From contig OZ059894.1 in the NCBI GenBank assembly GCA_964057225.1, positions 12,648,001 through 12,712,000 of the forward strand: a stretch of 64,000 nt of DNA. The letters are read 5' to 3'. Under the pieces are notes generated by a model. It was given only the letters and a program-made list of their open reading frames with translations, had not been told where the DNA came from and made no database searches. Positions 21,429 to 36,400 of the stretch are shown in pieces. Position numbers and translations under genes: made by a program. This DNA comes from Auanema rhodensis (lineage: Eukaryota; Animalia; Nematoda). The number at the start of each line of letters is the position of its first letter. Position 1 is the stretch's first letter.

Positions 21429-24400
21429 GAACGAATGAATTGTTTCAAAACTATTGTAAAAATATGAGATTGTTTCAAAATACGTGATTAAATGAAGAAA
21501 ATGGAGTAAAATGAATTGGAAAATTATAAAATATTTTCATGTTTTATTTCTTGAGTTTCAAAATATTCAAACTTTTTTTTTTCACTGTTTAAAATCTTAA
21601 TGAACGAATGAATTGTTTCAAAACTATTGTAAAAATATGAGATTGTTTCAAAATACGTGATTAAATGAAGAAAATGGAGTAAAATGAATTGGAAAATTAT
21701 AAAATATTTCCATGTTTTATTTTCTTAGTATCAGAAAATTCAAATTAAGATCGTTTTTAATGTTTCAAATCTCAATGAACGAATGAATTGTTTCAAAACT
21801 ATTGTAAAAATATGAGATTGTTTCAAAATACGTGATTAAATGAAGAAAATAGAGTAAAATGAATTGGAATATTATAAAATATTTTCATGTTTTATTTCTT
21901 GAGTATCAAAATATTCAAACTTTTTTTTTTCACTGTTTAAAATCTTAATGAACGAATGAATTGTTTCAAAACTATTGTAAAAATATGAGATTGTTTCAAA
22001 ATACGTGATTAAATGAAGAAAATGGAGTAAAATGAATTGGAAAATTATAAAATATTTCCATGTTTTATTTTCTTAGTATCAGAAAATTCAAATTAAGATC
22101 GTTTTTAATGTTTCAAATCTTAATGAACAAATGAATTGTTTCGAAACTATTGTAAAAATATGAGATTGTTTCAAAATACGTGATTAAATGAAGAAAATAG
22201 AGTAAAATGAATTGGAATATTATAAAATATTTTCATGTTTTATTTCTTGAGTATCAAAATATTCAAACTTTTTTTTTTCACTGTTCAAAATCTTAATGAA
22301 CGAATGAATTGTTTCAAAACTATTGTAAAAATTTGAGATTGTTTCAAAATACGTGATTAAATGAAGAAAATAGAGTAAAATGAATTGGAAAATTATAAAA
22401 TATTTTCATGTTTTATTTCTTGAGTTTCAAAATATTCAAACTTTTTTTTTCACTGTTTAAAATCTTAATGAACGAATGAATTGTTTCAAAACTATTATAA
22501 AAATATGAGATTGTTTCAAAATACGTGATTAAATGAAGAAAATGGAGTAAAATGAATTGGAAAATTATAAAATATTTCCATGTTTTATTTTCTTAGTATC
22601 AGAAAATTCAAATTAAGATCGTTTTTAATGTTTCAAATCTCAATGAACGAATGAATTGTTTCAAAACTATTGTAAAAATATGAGATTGTTTCAAAATACG
22701 TGATTAAATGAAGAAAATGGAGTAAAATGAATTGGAAAATTATAAAATATTTTCATGTTTTATTTCTTGAGTATCAAAATATTCAAACTTTTTTTTTTCA
22801 CTGTTTAAAATCTTAATGAACGAATGAATTGTTTCAAAACTATTGTAAAAATTTGAGATTGTTTCAAAATACGTGATTAAATGAAGAAAATAGAGTAAAA
22901 TGAATTGGAAAATTATAAAATATTTTCATGTTTTATTTCTTGAGTTTCAAAATATTCAAACTTTTTTTTTTCACTGTTTAAAATCTTAATGAACGAATGA
23001 ATTGTTTCAAAACTATTATAAAAATATGAGATTGTTTCAAAATACGTGATTAAATGAAGAAAATGGAGTAAAATGAATTGGAAAATTATAAAATATTTCC
23101 ATGTTTTATTTTCTTAGTATCAGAAAATTCAAATTAAGATCGTTTTTAATGTTTCAAATCTCAATGAACGAATGAATTGTTTCAAAACTATTGTAAAATA
23201 TGAGATTGTTTCAAAATACGTGATTAAATGAAGAAAATGGAGTAAAATGAATTGGAAAATTATAAAATATTTCCATGTTTTATTTTCTTAGTATCAGAAA
23301 ATTCAAATTAAGATCGTTTTTAATGTTTCAAATCTTAATGAACGAATGAATTGTTTCGAAACTATTGTAAAAATATGAGATTGTTTCAAAATACGTGATT
23401 AAATGAAGAAAATAGAGTAAAATGAATTGGAATATTATAAAATATTTTCATGTTTTATTTCTTGAGTATCAAAATATTCAAACTTTTTTTTTTCACTGTT
23501 TAAAATCTTAATGAACGAATGAATTGTTTCAAAACTATTGTAAAAATTTGAGATTGTTTCAAAATACGTGATTAAATGAAGAAAATAGAGTAAAATGAAT
23601 TGGAAAATTATAAAATATTTTCATGTTTTATTTCTTGAGTTTCAAAATATTCAAACTTTTTTTTTTCACTGTTTAAAATCTTAATGAACGAATGAATTGT
23701 TTCAAAACTATTGTAAAAATATGAGATTGTTTCAAAATACGTGATTAAATGAAGAAAATGGAGTAAAATGAATTGGAAAATTATAAAATATTTCCATGTT
23801 TTATTTTCTTAGTATCAGAAAATTCAAATTAAGATCGTTTTTAATGTTTCAAATCTTAATGAACGAATTAATTGTTTCAAAACTATTGTAAAAATATGAG
23901 ATTGTTTCAAAATACGTGATTAAATGAAGAAAATAGAGTAAAATGAATTGGAATATTATAAAATATTTTCATGTTTTATTTCTTGAGTATCAAAATATTC
24001 AAACTTTTTTTTTTCACTGTTTAAAATCTTAATGAACGAATAAATTGTTTCAAAACTATTGTAAAAATATGAGATTGTTTCAAAATACGTGATTAAATGA
24101 AGAAAATGGAGTAAAATGAATTGGAAAATTATAAAATATTTTCATGTTTTATTTCTTGAGTTTCAAAATATTCAAACTTTTTTTTTTCACTATTCAAAAT
24201 CTTAATGAACGAATGAATTGTTTCAAAACTATTGTAAAAATATGAGATTGTTTCAAAATACGTGATTAAATGAAGAAAATGGAGTAAAATGAATTGGAAA
24301 ATTATAAAATATTTCCATGTTTTATTTTTTTAGTATCAGAAAATTCAAATTAAGATCGTTTTTAATGTTTCAAATCTCAATGAACGAATGAATTGTTTCA

Positions 24401-27400
24401 AAACTATTGTAAAAATATGAGATTGTTTCAAAATACGTGATTAAATGAAGAAAATGGAGTAAAATGAATTGGAAAATTATAAAATATTTTCATGTTTTAT
24501 TTCTTGAGTTTCAAAATATTCAAACTTTTTTTTTTCACTGTTTAAAATCTTAATGAACGAATGAATTGTTTCAAAACTATTGTAAAAATATGAGATTGTT
24601 TCAAAATACGTGATTAAATGAAGAAAATGGAGTAAAATGAATTGGAAAATTATAAAATATTTTCATGTTTTATTTCTTGAGTTTCAAAATATTCAAACTT
24701 TTTTTTTTCACTGTTTAAAATCTTAATGAACGAATGAATTGTTTCAAAACTATTGTAAAAATATGAGATTGTTTCAAAATACGTGATTAAATGAAGAAAA
24801 TGGAGTAAAATGAATTGGAAAATTATAAAATATTTCCATGTTTTATTTTTTTAGTATCAGAAAATTCAAATTAAGATCGTTTTTAATGTTTCAAATCTCA
24901 ATGAACGAATGAATTGTTTCAAAACTATTGTAAAAATATGAGATTGTTTCAAAATACGTGATCAAATGAAGAAAATAGAGTAAAATGAATTGGAAAATTA
25001 TAAAATATTTTCATGTTTTATTTTTTGAGTATCAAAATATTTGAAATTATAACTTCTTTACTGTTAAAAACATTATTAACTGGATGATTTGTTTCGAAAT
25101 TATTGTAAAAATATGAGATTGTTTCAAAATACGTGATTAAATGAAGAAAATAGAGTAAAATGAATTGGAAAATTTTAAAATATTTTCATGTTTTATTTTT
25201 TGAGTATCGAAATATTTAAAATTATATCTTCTTTACTGTTAAAAACATTATTAAATGAATGATTTGTTTCGAAATTATTGTAAAAATTTGAGATTGTTTC
25301 AAAATACGTGATTAAATGAAGAAAATGGAGTAAAATGAATTGGAAAATTATAAAATATTTTCATGTTTCATTTTTTGAGTATCAAATAAATTAAAATTAT
25401 ATCTACTTTACTGTTAAAAACATTATTAACTGGATTATTTATTTCGAAATTATTGTAAAATTTAAAATTGTTCCAAGAAACATAATTAAATGAAGAAAAT
25501 AGAGTAAAATGAATTGGAAAATTTTAAAATATTTTCATGTTTTATTTTTTGAGTATCGAAATATTTAAAATTATATCTTCTTTACTGTTAAAAACATTAT
25601 TAAATGAATGATTTGTTTCGAAATTATTGTGAAAATTTGAGATTGTTTCAAAATACGTGATTAAATGAAGAAAATGGAGTAAAATGAATTGGAAAATTAT
25701 AAAATATTTCCATGTTTTATTTTCTTAGTATCAGAAAATTCAAATTAAGATCGTTTTTAATGTTTCAAATCTTAATGAACGAATTAATTGTTTCAAAACT
25801 ATTGTAAAAATATGAGATTGTTTCAAAATACGTGATTAAATGAAGGAAATGGAGTAAAATGAATTGGAAAAATATAAAATATTTTCATGTTTTATTTCTT
25901 GAGTTTCAAAATATTCAAACTTTTTTTTTTCACTGTTCAAAATCTTAATGAACGAATGAATTGTTTCAAAACTATTGTAAAAATTTGAGATTGTTTCAAA
26001 ATACGTGATTAAATGAAGAAAATGGAGTAAAATGAATTGGAAAATTATAAAATATTTTCATGTTTTATTTCTTGAGTTTCAAAATATTCAAACTTTTTTT
26101 TTTCACTGTTTAAAATCTTAATGAACGAATGAATTGTTTCAAAACTATTGTAAAAATATGAGATTGTTTCAAAATACGTGATTAAATGAAGAAAATGGAG
26201 TAAAATGAATTGGAAAATTATAAAATATTTCCATGTTTTATTTTCTTAGTATCAGAAAATTCAAATTAAGATCGTTTTTAATGTTTCAAATCTCAATGAA
26301 CGAATGAATTGTTTCAAAACTATTGTAAAAATATGAGATTGTTTCAAAATACGTGATTAAATGAAGAAAATAGAGTAAAATGAATTGGAATATTATAAAA
26401 TATTTTCATGTTTTATTTCTTGAGTATCAAAATATTCAAACTTTTTTTTTTCACTGTTTAAAATCTTAATGAACGAATGAATTGTTTCAAAACTATTGTA
26501 AAAATATGAGATTGTTTCAAAATACGTGATTAAATGAAGAAAATGGAGTAAAATGAATTGGAAAATTATAAAATATTTCCATGTTTTATTTTCTTAGTAT
26601 CAGAAAATTCAAATTAAGATCGTTTTTAATGTTTCAAATCTTAATGAACGAATGAATTGTTTCGAAACTATTGTAAAAATATGAGATTGTTTCAAAATAC
26701 GTGATTAAATGAAGAAAATAGAGTAAAATGAATTGGAATATTATAAAATATTTTCATGTTTTATTTCTTGAGTATCAAAATATTCAAACTTTTTTTTTTC
26801 ACTGTTCAAAATCTTAATGAACGAATGAATTGTTTCAAAACTATTGTAAAAATTTGAGATTGTTTCAAAATACGTGATTAAATGAAGAAAATAGAGTAAA
26901 ATGAATTGGAAAATTATAAAATATTTTCATGTTTTATTTCTTGAGTTTCAAAATATTCAAACTTTTTTTTTTCACTGTTTAAAATCTTAATGAACGAATG
27001 AATTGTTTCAAAACTATTATAAAAATATGAGATTGTTTCAAAATACGTGATTAAATGAAGAAAATGGAGTAAAATGAATTGGAAAATTATAAAATATTTC
27101 CATGTTTTATTTTCTTAGTATCAGAAAATTCAAATTAAGATCGTTTTTAATGTTTCAAATCTCAATGAACGAATGAATTGTTTCAAAACTATTGTAAAAA
27201 TATGAGATTGTTTCAAAATACGTGATTAAATGAAGAAAATGGAGTAAAATGAATTGGAAAATTATAAAATATTTCCATGTTTTATTTTCTTAGTATCAGA
27301 AAATTCAAATTAAGATCGTTTTTAATGTTTCAAATCTTAATGAACGAATGAATTGTTTCGAAACTATTGTAAAAATATGAGATTGTTTCAAAATACGTGA

Positions 27401-30400
27401 TTAAATGAAGAAAATAGAGTAAAATGAATTGGAATATTATAAAATATTTTCATGTTTTATTTCTTGAGTATCAAAATATTCAAACTTTTTTTTTTCACTG
27501 TTTAAAATCTTAATGAACGAATGAATTGTTTCAAAACTATTGTAAAAATTTGAGATTGTTTCAAAATACGTGATTAAATGAAGAAAATAGAGTAAAATGA
27601 ATTGGAAAATTATAAAATATTTTCATGTTTTATTTCTTGAGTTTCAAAATATTCAAACTTTTTTTTTTCACTGTTTAAAATCTTAATGAACGAATGAATT
27701 GTTTCAAAACTATTGTAAAAATATGAGATTGTTTCAAAATACGTGATTAAATGAAGAAAATGGAGTAAAATGAATTGGAAAATTATAAAATATTTCCATG
27801 TTTTATTTTCTTAGTATCAGAAAATTCAAATTAAGATCGTTTTTAATGTTTCAAATCTTAATGAACGAATGAATTGTTTCGAAACTATTGTAAAAATATG
27901 AGATTGTTTCAAAATACGTGATTAAATGAAGAAAATAGAGTAAAATGAATTGGAATATTATAAAATATTTTCATGTTTTATTTCTTGAGTTTCAAAATAT
28001 TCAAACTTTTTTTTTTCACTGTTTAAAATCTTAATGAACGAATGAATTGTTTCAAAACTATTGTAAAAATTTGAGATTGTTTCAAAATACGTGATTAAAT
28101 GAAGAAAATGGAGTAAAATGAATTGGAAAATTATAAAATATTTTCATGTTTTATTTCTTGAGTTTCAAAATATTCAAACTTTTTTTTTTCACTGTTTAAA
28201 ATCTTAATGAACGAATGAATTGTTTCAAAACTATTGTAAAAATATGAGATTGTTTCAAAATACGTGATTAAATGAAGAAAATGGAGTAAAATGAATTGGA
28301 AAATTATAAAATATTTCCATGTTTTATTTTCTTAGTATCAGAAAATTCAAATTAAGATCGTTTTTAATGTTTCAAATCTCAATGAACGAATGAATTGTTT
28401 CAAAACTATTGTAAAAATATGAGATTGTTTCAAAATACGTGATTAAATGAAGAAAATAGAGTAAAATGAATTGGAATATTATAAAATATTTTCATGTTTT
28501 ATTTCTTGAGTATCAAAATATTCAAACTTTTTTTTTTCACTGTTTAAAATCTTAATGAACGAATGAATTGTTTCAAAACTATTGTAAAAATATGAGATTG
28601 TTTCAAAATACGTGATTAAATGAAGAAAATGGAGTAAAATGAATTGGAAAATTATAAAATATTTCCATGTTTTATTTTCTTAGTATCAGAAAATTCAAAT
28701 TAAGATCGTTTTTAATGTTTCAAATCTTAATGAACGAATGAATTGTTTCGAAACTATTGTAAAAATATGAGATTGTTTCAAAATACGTGATTAAATGAAG
28801 AAAATAGAGTAAAATGAATTGGAATATTATAAAATATTTTCATGTTTTATTTCTTGAGTATCAAAATATTCAAACTTTTTTTTTTCACTGTTCAAAATCT
28901 TAATGAACGAATGAATTGTTTCAAAACTATTGTAAAAATTTGAGATTGTTTCAAAATACGTGATTAAATGAAGAAAATAGAGTAAAATGAATTGGAAAAT
29001 TATAAAATATTTTCATGTTTTATTTCTTGAGTTTCAAAATATTCAAACTTTTTTTTTTCACTGTTTAAAATCTTAATGAACGAATGAATTGTTTCAAAAC
29101 TATTATAAAAATATGAGATTGTTTCAAAATACGTGATTAAATGAAGAAAATGGAGTAAAATGAATTGGAAAATTATAAAATATTTCCATGTTTTATTTTC
29201 TTAGTATCAGAAAATTCAAATTAAGATCGTTTTTAATGTTTCAAATCTCAATGAACGAATGAATTGTTTCAAAACTATTGTAAAAATATGAGATTGTTTC
29301 AAAATACGTGATTAAATGAAGAAAATGGAGTAAAATGAATTGGAAAATTATAAAATATTTCCATGTTTTATTTTCTTAGTATCAGAAAATTCAAATTAAG
29401 ATCGTTTTTAATGTTTCAAATCTTAATGAACGAATGAATTGTTTCGAAACTATTGTAAAAATATGAGATTGTTTCAAAATACGTGATTAAATGAAGAAAA
29501 TAGAGTAAAATGAATTGGAATATTATAAAATATTTTCATGTTTTATTTCTTGAGTATCAAAATATTCAAACTTTTTTTTTTCACTGTTTAAAATCTTAAT
29601 GAACGAATGAATTGTTTCAAAACTATTGTAAAAATTTGAGATTGTTTCAAAATACGTGATTAAATGAAGAAAATAGAGTAAAATGAATTGGAAAATTATA
29701 AAATATTTTCATGTTTTATTTCTTGAGTTTCAAAATATTCAAACTTTTTTTTTTCACTGTTTAAAATCTTAATGAACGAATGAATTGTTTCAAAACTATT
29801 GTAAAAATATGAGATTGTTTCAAAATACGTGATTAAATGAAGAAAATGGAGTAAAATGAATTGGAAAATTATAAAATATTTCCATGTTTTATTTTCTTAG
29901 TATCAGAAAATTCAAATTAAGATTGTTTTTAATGTTTCAAATCTTAATGAACGAATTAATTGTTTCAAAACTATTGTAAAAATATGAGATTGTTTCAAAA
30001 TACGTGATTAAATGAAGAAAATAGAGTAAAATGAATTGGAATATTTTAAAATATTTTCATGTTTTATTTCTTGAGTATCAAAATATTCAAACTTTTTTTT
30101 TTCACTGTTTAAAATCTTAATGAACGAATGAATTGTTTCAAAACTATTGTAAAAATATGAGATTGTTTCAAAATACGTGATTAAATGAAGAAAATGGAGT
30201 AAAATGAATTGGAAAATTATAAAATATTTTCATGTTTTATTTCTTGAGTTTCAAAATATTCAAACTTTTTTTTTTCACTATTCAAAATCTTAATGAACGA
30301 ATGAATTGTTTCAAAACTATTGTAAAAATATGAGAATGTTTCAAAATACGTGATTAAATGAAGAAAATGGAGTAAAATGAATTGGAAAATTATAAAATAT

Positions 30401-33400
30401 TTCCATGTTTTATTTTTTTAGTATCAGAAAATTCAAATTAAGATCGTTTTTAATGTTTCAAATCTCAATGAACGAATGAATTGTTTCAAAACTATTGTAA
30501 AAATATGAGATTGTTTCAAAATACGTGATTAAATGAAGAAAATGGAGTAAAATGAATTGGAAAATTATAAAATATTTTCATGTTTTATTTCTTGAGTTTC
30601 AAAATATTCAAACTTTTTTTTTTCACTGTTTAAAATCTTAATGAACGAATGAATTGTTTCAAAACTATTGTAAAAATATGAGATTGTTTCAAAATACGTG
30701 ATTAAATGAAGAAAATGGAGTAAAATGAATTGGAAAATTATAAAATATTTTCATGTTTTATTTCTTGAGTTTCAAAATATTCAAACTTTTTTTTTTCACT
30801 GTTTAAAATCTTAATGAACGAATGAATTGTTTCAAAACTATTGTAAAAATATGAGATTGTTTCAAAATACGTGATTAAATGAAGAAAATGGAGTAAAATG
30901 AATTGGAAAATTATAAAATATTTCCATGTTCTATTTTTTTAGTATCAGAAAATTCAAATTAAGATCGTTTTTAATGTTTCAAATCTCAATGAACGAATGA
31001 ATTGTTTCAAAACTATTGTAAAAATATGAGATTGTTTCAAAATACGTGATCAAATGAAGAAAATAGAGTAAAATGAATTGGAAAATTATAAAATATTTTC
31101 ATGTTTTATTTTTTGAGTATCAAAATATTTGAAATTATAACTTCTTTACTGTTAAAAACATTATTAAATGAATGATTTGTTTCGAAATTATTGTAAAAAT
31201 TTGAGATTGTTTCAAAATACGTGATTAAATGAAGAAAATAGAGTAAAATGAATTGGAAAATTATAAAATATTTTCATGTTTTATTTTTTGAGTATCAAAA
31301 TATTTGAAATTATAACTTCTTTACTGTTAAAAACATTATTAACTGGATGATTTGTTTCGAAATTATTGTAAAAATATGAGATTGTTTCAAAATACGTGAT
31401 TAAATGAAGAAAATAGAGTAAAATGAATTGGAAAATTTTAAAATATTTTCATGTTTTATTTTTTGAGTATCGAAATATTTAAAATTATATCTTCTTTACT
31501 GTTAAAAACATTATTAAATGAATGATTTGTTTCGAAATTATTGTAAAAATTTGAGATTGTTTCAAAATACGTGATTAAATGAAGAAAATGGAGTAAAATG
31601 AATTGGAAAATTATAAAATAATTTCATGTTTCATTTTTTGAGTATCAAATAAATTAAAATTATATCTACTTTACTGTTAAAAACATTATTAACTGGATTA
31701 TTTATTTCGAAATTATTGTAAAATTTAAAATTGTTCCAAGAAACATAATTAAATGAAGAAAATAGAGTAAAATGAATTGGAAAATTTTAAAATATTTTCA
31801 TGTTTTATTTTTTGAGTATCGAAATATTTAAAATTATATCTTCTTTACTGTTAAAAACATTATTAAATGAATGATTTGTTTCGAAATTATTGTAAAAATT
31901 TGAGATTGTTTCAAAATACGTGATTAAATGAAGAAAATGGAGTAAAATGAATTGGAAAATTATAAAATATTTCCATGTTTTATTTTCTTAGTATCAGAAA
32001 ATTCAAATTAAGATCGTTTTTAATGTTTCAAATCTTAATGAACGAATTAATTGTTTCAAAACTATTGTAAAAATATGAGATTGTTTCAAAATACGTGATT
32101 AAATGAAGAAAATGGAGTAAAATGAATTGGAAAATTATAAAATATTTTCATGTTTTATTTCTTGAGTTTCAAAATATTCAAACTTTTTTTTTTCACTGTT
32201 TAAAATCTTAATGAACGAATGAATTGTTTCAAAACTATTATAAAAATATGAGATTGTTTCAAAATACGTGATTAAATGAAGAAAATGGAGTAAAATGAAT
32301 TGGAAAATTATAAAATATTTCCATGTTTTATTTTCTTAGTATCAGAAAATTCAAATTAAGATCGTTTTTAATGTTTCAAATCTCAATGAACGAATGAATT
32401 GTTTCAAAACTATTGTAAAAATATGAGATTGTTTCAAAATACGTGATTAAATGAAGAAAATGGAGTAAAATGAATTGGAAAATTATAAAATATTTCCATG
32501 TTTTATTTTCTTAGTATCAGAAAATTCAAATTAAGATCGTTTTTAATGTTTCAAATCTTAATGAACGAATGAATTGTTTCGAAACTATTGTAAAAATATG
32601 AGATTGTTTCAAAATACGTGATTAAATGAAGAAAATAGAGTAAAATGAATTGGAATATTATAAAATATTTTCATGTTTTATTTCTTGAGTATCAAAATAT
32701 TCAAACTTTTTTTTTTCACTGTTTAAAATCTTAATGAACGAATGAATTGTTTCAAAACTATTGTAAAAATTTGAGATTGTTTCAAAATACGTGATTAAAT
32801 GAAGAAAATAGAGTAAAATGAATTGGAAAATTATAAAATATTTTCATGTTTTATTTCTTGAGTTTCAAAATATTCAAACTTTTTTTTTTCACTGTTTAAA
32901 ATCTTAATGAACGAATGAATTGTTTCAAAACTATTGTAAAAATATGAGATTGTTTCAAAATACGTGATTAAATGAAGAAAATGGAGTAAAATGAATTGGA
33001 AAATTATAAAATATTTCCATGTTTTATTTTCTTAGTATCAGAAAATTCAAATTAAGATTGTTTTTAATGTTTCAAATCTTAATGAACGAATTAATTGTTT
33101 CAAAACTATTGTAAAAATATGAGATTGTTTCAAAATACGTGATTAAATGAAGAAAATAGAGTAAAATGAATTGGAATATTTTAAAATATTTTCATGTTTT
33201 ATTTCTTGAGTATCAAAATATTCAAACTTTTTTTTTTCACTGTTTAAAATCTTAATGAACGAATGAATTGTTTCAAAACTATTGTAAAAATATGAGATTG
33301 TTTCAAAATACGTGATTAAATGAAGAAAATGGAGTAAAATGAATTGGAAAATTATAAAATATTTTCATGTTTTATTTCTTGAGTTTCAAAATATTCAAAC

Positions 33401-36400
33401 TTTTTTTTTTCACTATTCAAAATCTTAATGAACGAATGAATTGTTTCAAAACTATTGTAAAAATATGAGATTGTTTCAAAATACGTGATTAAATGAAGAA
33501 AATGGAGTAAAATGAATTGGAAAATTATAAAATATTTCCATGTTTTATTTTTTTAGTATCAGAAAATTCAAATTAAGATCGTTTTTAATGTTTCAAATCT
33601 CAATGAACGAATGAATTGTTTCAAAACTATTGTAAAAATATGAGATTGTTTCAAAATACGTGATTAAATGAAGAAAATGGAGTAAAATGAATTGGAAAAT
33701 TATAAAATATTTTCATGTTTTATTTCTTGAGTTTCAAAATATTCAAACTTTTTTTTTTCACTGTTTAAATTCTTAATGAACGAATGAATTGTTTCAAAAC
33801 TATTGTAAAAATATGAGATTGTTTCAAAATACGTGATTAAATGAAGAAAATGGAGTAAAATGAATTGGAAAATTATAAAATATTTTCATGTTTTATTTCT
33901 TGAGTTTCAAAATATTCAAACTTTTTTTTTTCACTGTTTAAAATCTTAATGAACGAATGAATTGTTTCAAAACTATTGTAAAAATATGAGATTGTTTCAA
34001 AATACGTGATTAAATGAAGAAAATGGAGTAAAATGAATTGGAAAATTATAAAATATTTCCATGTTCTATTTTTTTAGTATCAGAAAATTCAAATTAAGAT
34101 CGTTTTTAATGTTTCAAATCTCAATGAACGAATGAATTGTTTCAAAACTATTGTAAAAATATGAGATTGTTTCAAAATACGTGATCAAATGAAGAAAATA
34201 GAGTAAAATGAATTGGAAAATTATAAAATATTTTCATGTTTTATTTTTTGAGTATCAAAATATTTGAAATTATAACTTCTTTACTGTTAAAAACATTATT
34301 AACTGGATGATTTGTTTCGAAATTATTGTAAAAATATGAGATTGTTTCAAAATACGTGATTAAATGAAGAAAATAGAGTAAAATGAATTGGAAAATTTTA
34401 AAATATTTTCATGTTTTATTTTTTGAGTATCGAAATATTTAAAATTATATCTTCTTTACTGTTAAAAACATTATTAAATGAATGATTTGTTTCGAAATTA
34501 TTGTAAAAATTTGAGATTGTTTCAAAATACGTGATTAAATGAAGAAAATGGAGTAAAATGAATTGGAAAATTATAAAATATTTTCATGTTTCATTTTTTG
34601 AGTATCAAATAAATTAAAATTATATCTACTTTACTGTTAAAAACATTATTAACTGGATTATTTATTTCGAAATTATTGTAAAATTTAAAATTGTTCCAAG
34701 AAACATAATTAAATGAAGAAAATAGAGTAAAATGAATTGGAAAATTTTAAAATATTTTCATGTTTTATTTTTTGAGTATCGAAATATTTAAAATTATATC
34801 TTCTTTACTGTTAAAAACATTATTAAATGAATGATTTGTTTCGAAATTATTGTAAAAATTTGAGATTGTTTCAAAATACGTGATTAAATGAAGAAAATGG
34901 AGTAAAATGAATTGGAAAATTATAAAATATTTCCATGTTTTATTTTCTTAGTATCAGAAAATTCAAATTAAGATCGTTTTTAATGTTTCAAATCTTAATG
35001 AACGAATTAATTGTTTCAAAACTATTGTAAAAATATGAGATTGTTTCAAAATACGTGATTAAATGAAGAAAATGGAGTAAAATGAATTGGAAAATTATAA
35101 AATATTTTCATGTTTTATTTCTTGAGTTTCAAAATATTCAAACTTTTTTTTTTCACTGTTTAAAATCTTAATGAACGAATGAATTGTTTCAAAACTATTA
35201 TAAAAATATGAGATTGTTTCAAAATACGTGATTAAATGAAGAAAATGGAGTAAAATGAATTGGAAAATTATAAAATATTTCCATGTTTTATTTTCTTAGT
35301 ATCAGAAAATTCAAATTAAGATCGTTTTTAATGTTTCAAATCTCAATGAACGAATGAATTGTTTCAAAACTATTGTAAAATATGAGATTGTTTCAAAATA
35401 CGTGATTAAATGAAGAAAATGGAGTAAAATGAATTGGAAAATTATAAAATATTTCCATGTTTTATTTTCTTAGTATCAGAAAATTCAAATTAAGATCGTT
35501 TTTAATGTTTCAAATCTTAATGAACGAATGAATTGTTTCGAAACTATTGTAAAAATATGAGATTGTTTCAAAATACGTGATTAAATGAAGAAAATAGAGT
35601 AAAATGAATTGGAATATTATAAAATATTTTCATGTTTTATTTCTTGAGTATCAAAATATTCAAACTTTTTTTTTTCACTGTTTAAAATCTTAATGAACGA
35701 ATGAATTGTTTCAAAACTATTGTAAAAATTTGAGATTGTTTCAAAATACGTGATTAAATGAAGAAAATAGAGTAAAATGAATTGGAAAATTATAAAATAT
35801 TTTCATGTTTTATTTCTTGAGTTTCAAAATATTCAAACTTTTTTTTTTCACTGTTTAAAATCTTAATGAACGAATGAATTGTTTCAAAACTATTGTAAAA
35901 ATATGAGATTGTTTCAAAATACGTGATTAAATGAAGAAAATGGAGTAAAATGAATTGGAAAATTATAAAATATTTCCATGTTTTATTTTCTTAGTATCAG
36001 AAAATTCAAATTAAGATCGTTTTTAATGTTTCAAATCTTAATGAACGAATTAATTGTTTCAAAACTATTGTAAAAATATGAGATTGTTTCAAAATACGTG
36101 ATTAAATGAAGAAAATAGAGTAAAATGAATTGGAATATTATAAAATATTTTCATGTTTTATTTCTTGAGTATCAAAATATTCAAACTTTTTTTTTTCACT
36201 GTTTAAAATCTTAATGAACGAATGAATTGTTTCAAAACTATTGTAAAAATATGAGATTGTTTCAAAATACGTGATTAAATGAAGAAAATGGAGTAAAATG
36301 AATTGGAAAATTATAAAATATTTTCATGTTTTATTTTTTTAGTATCAGAAAATTCAAATTAAGATCGTTTTTAATGTTTCAAATCTCAATGAACGAATGA

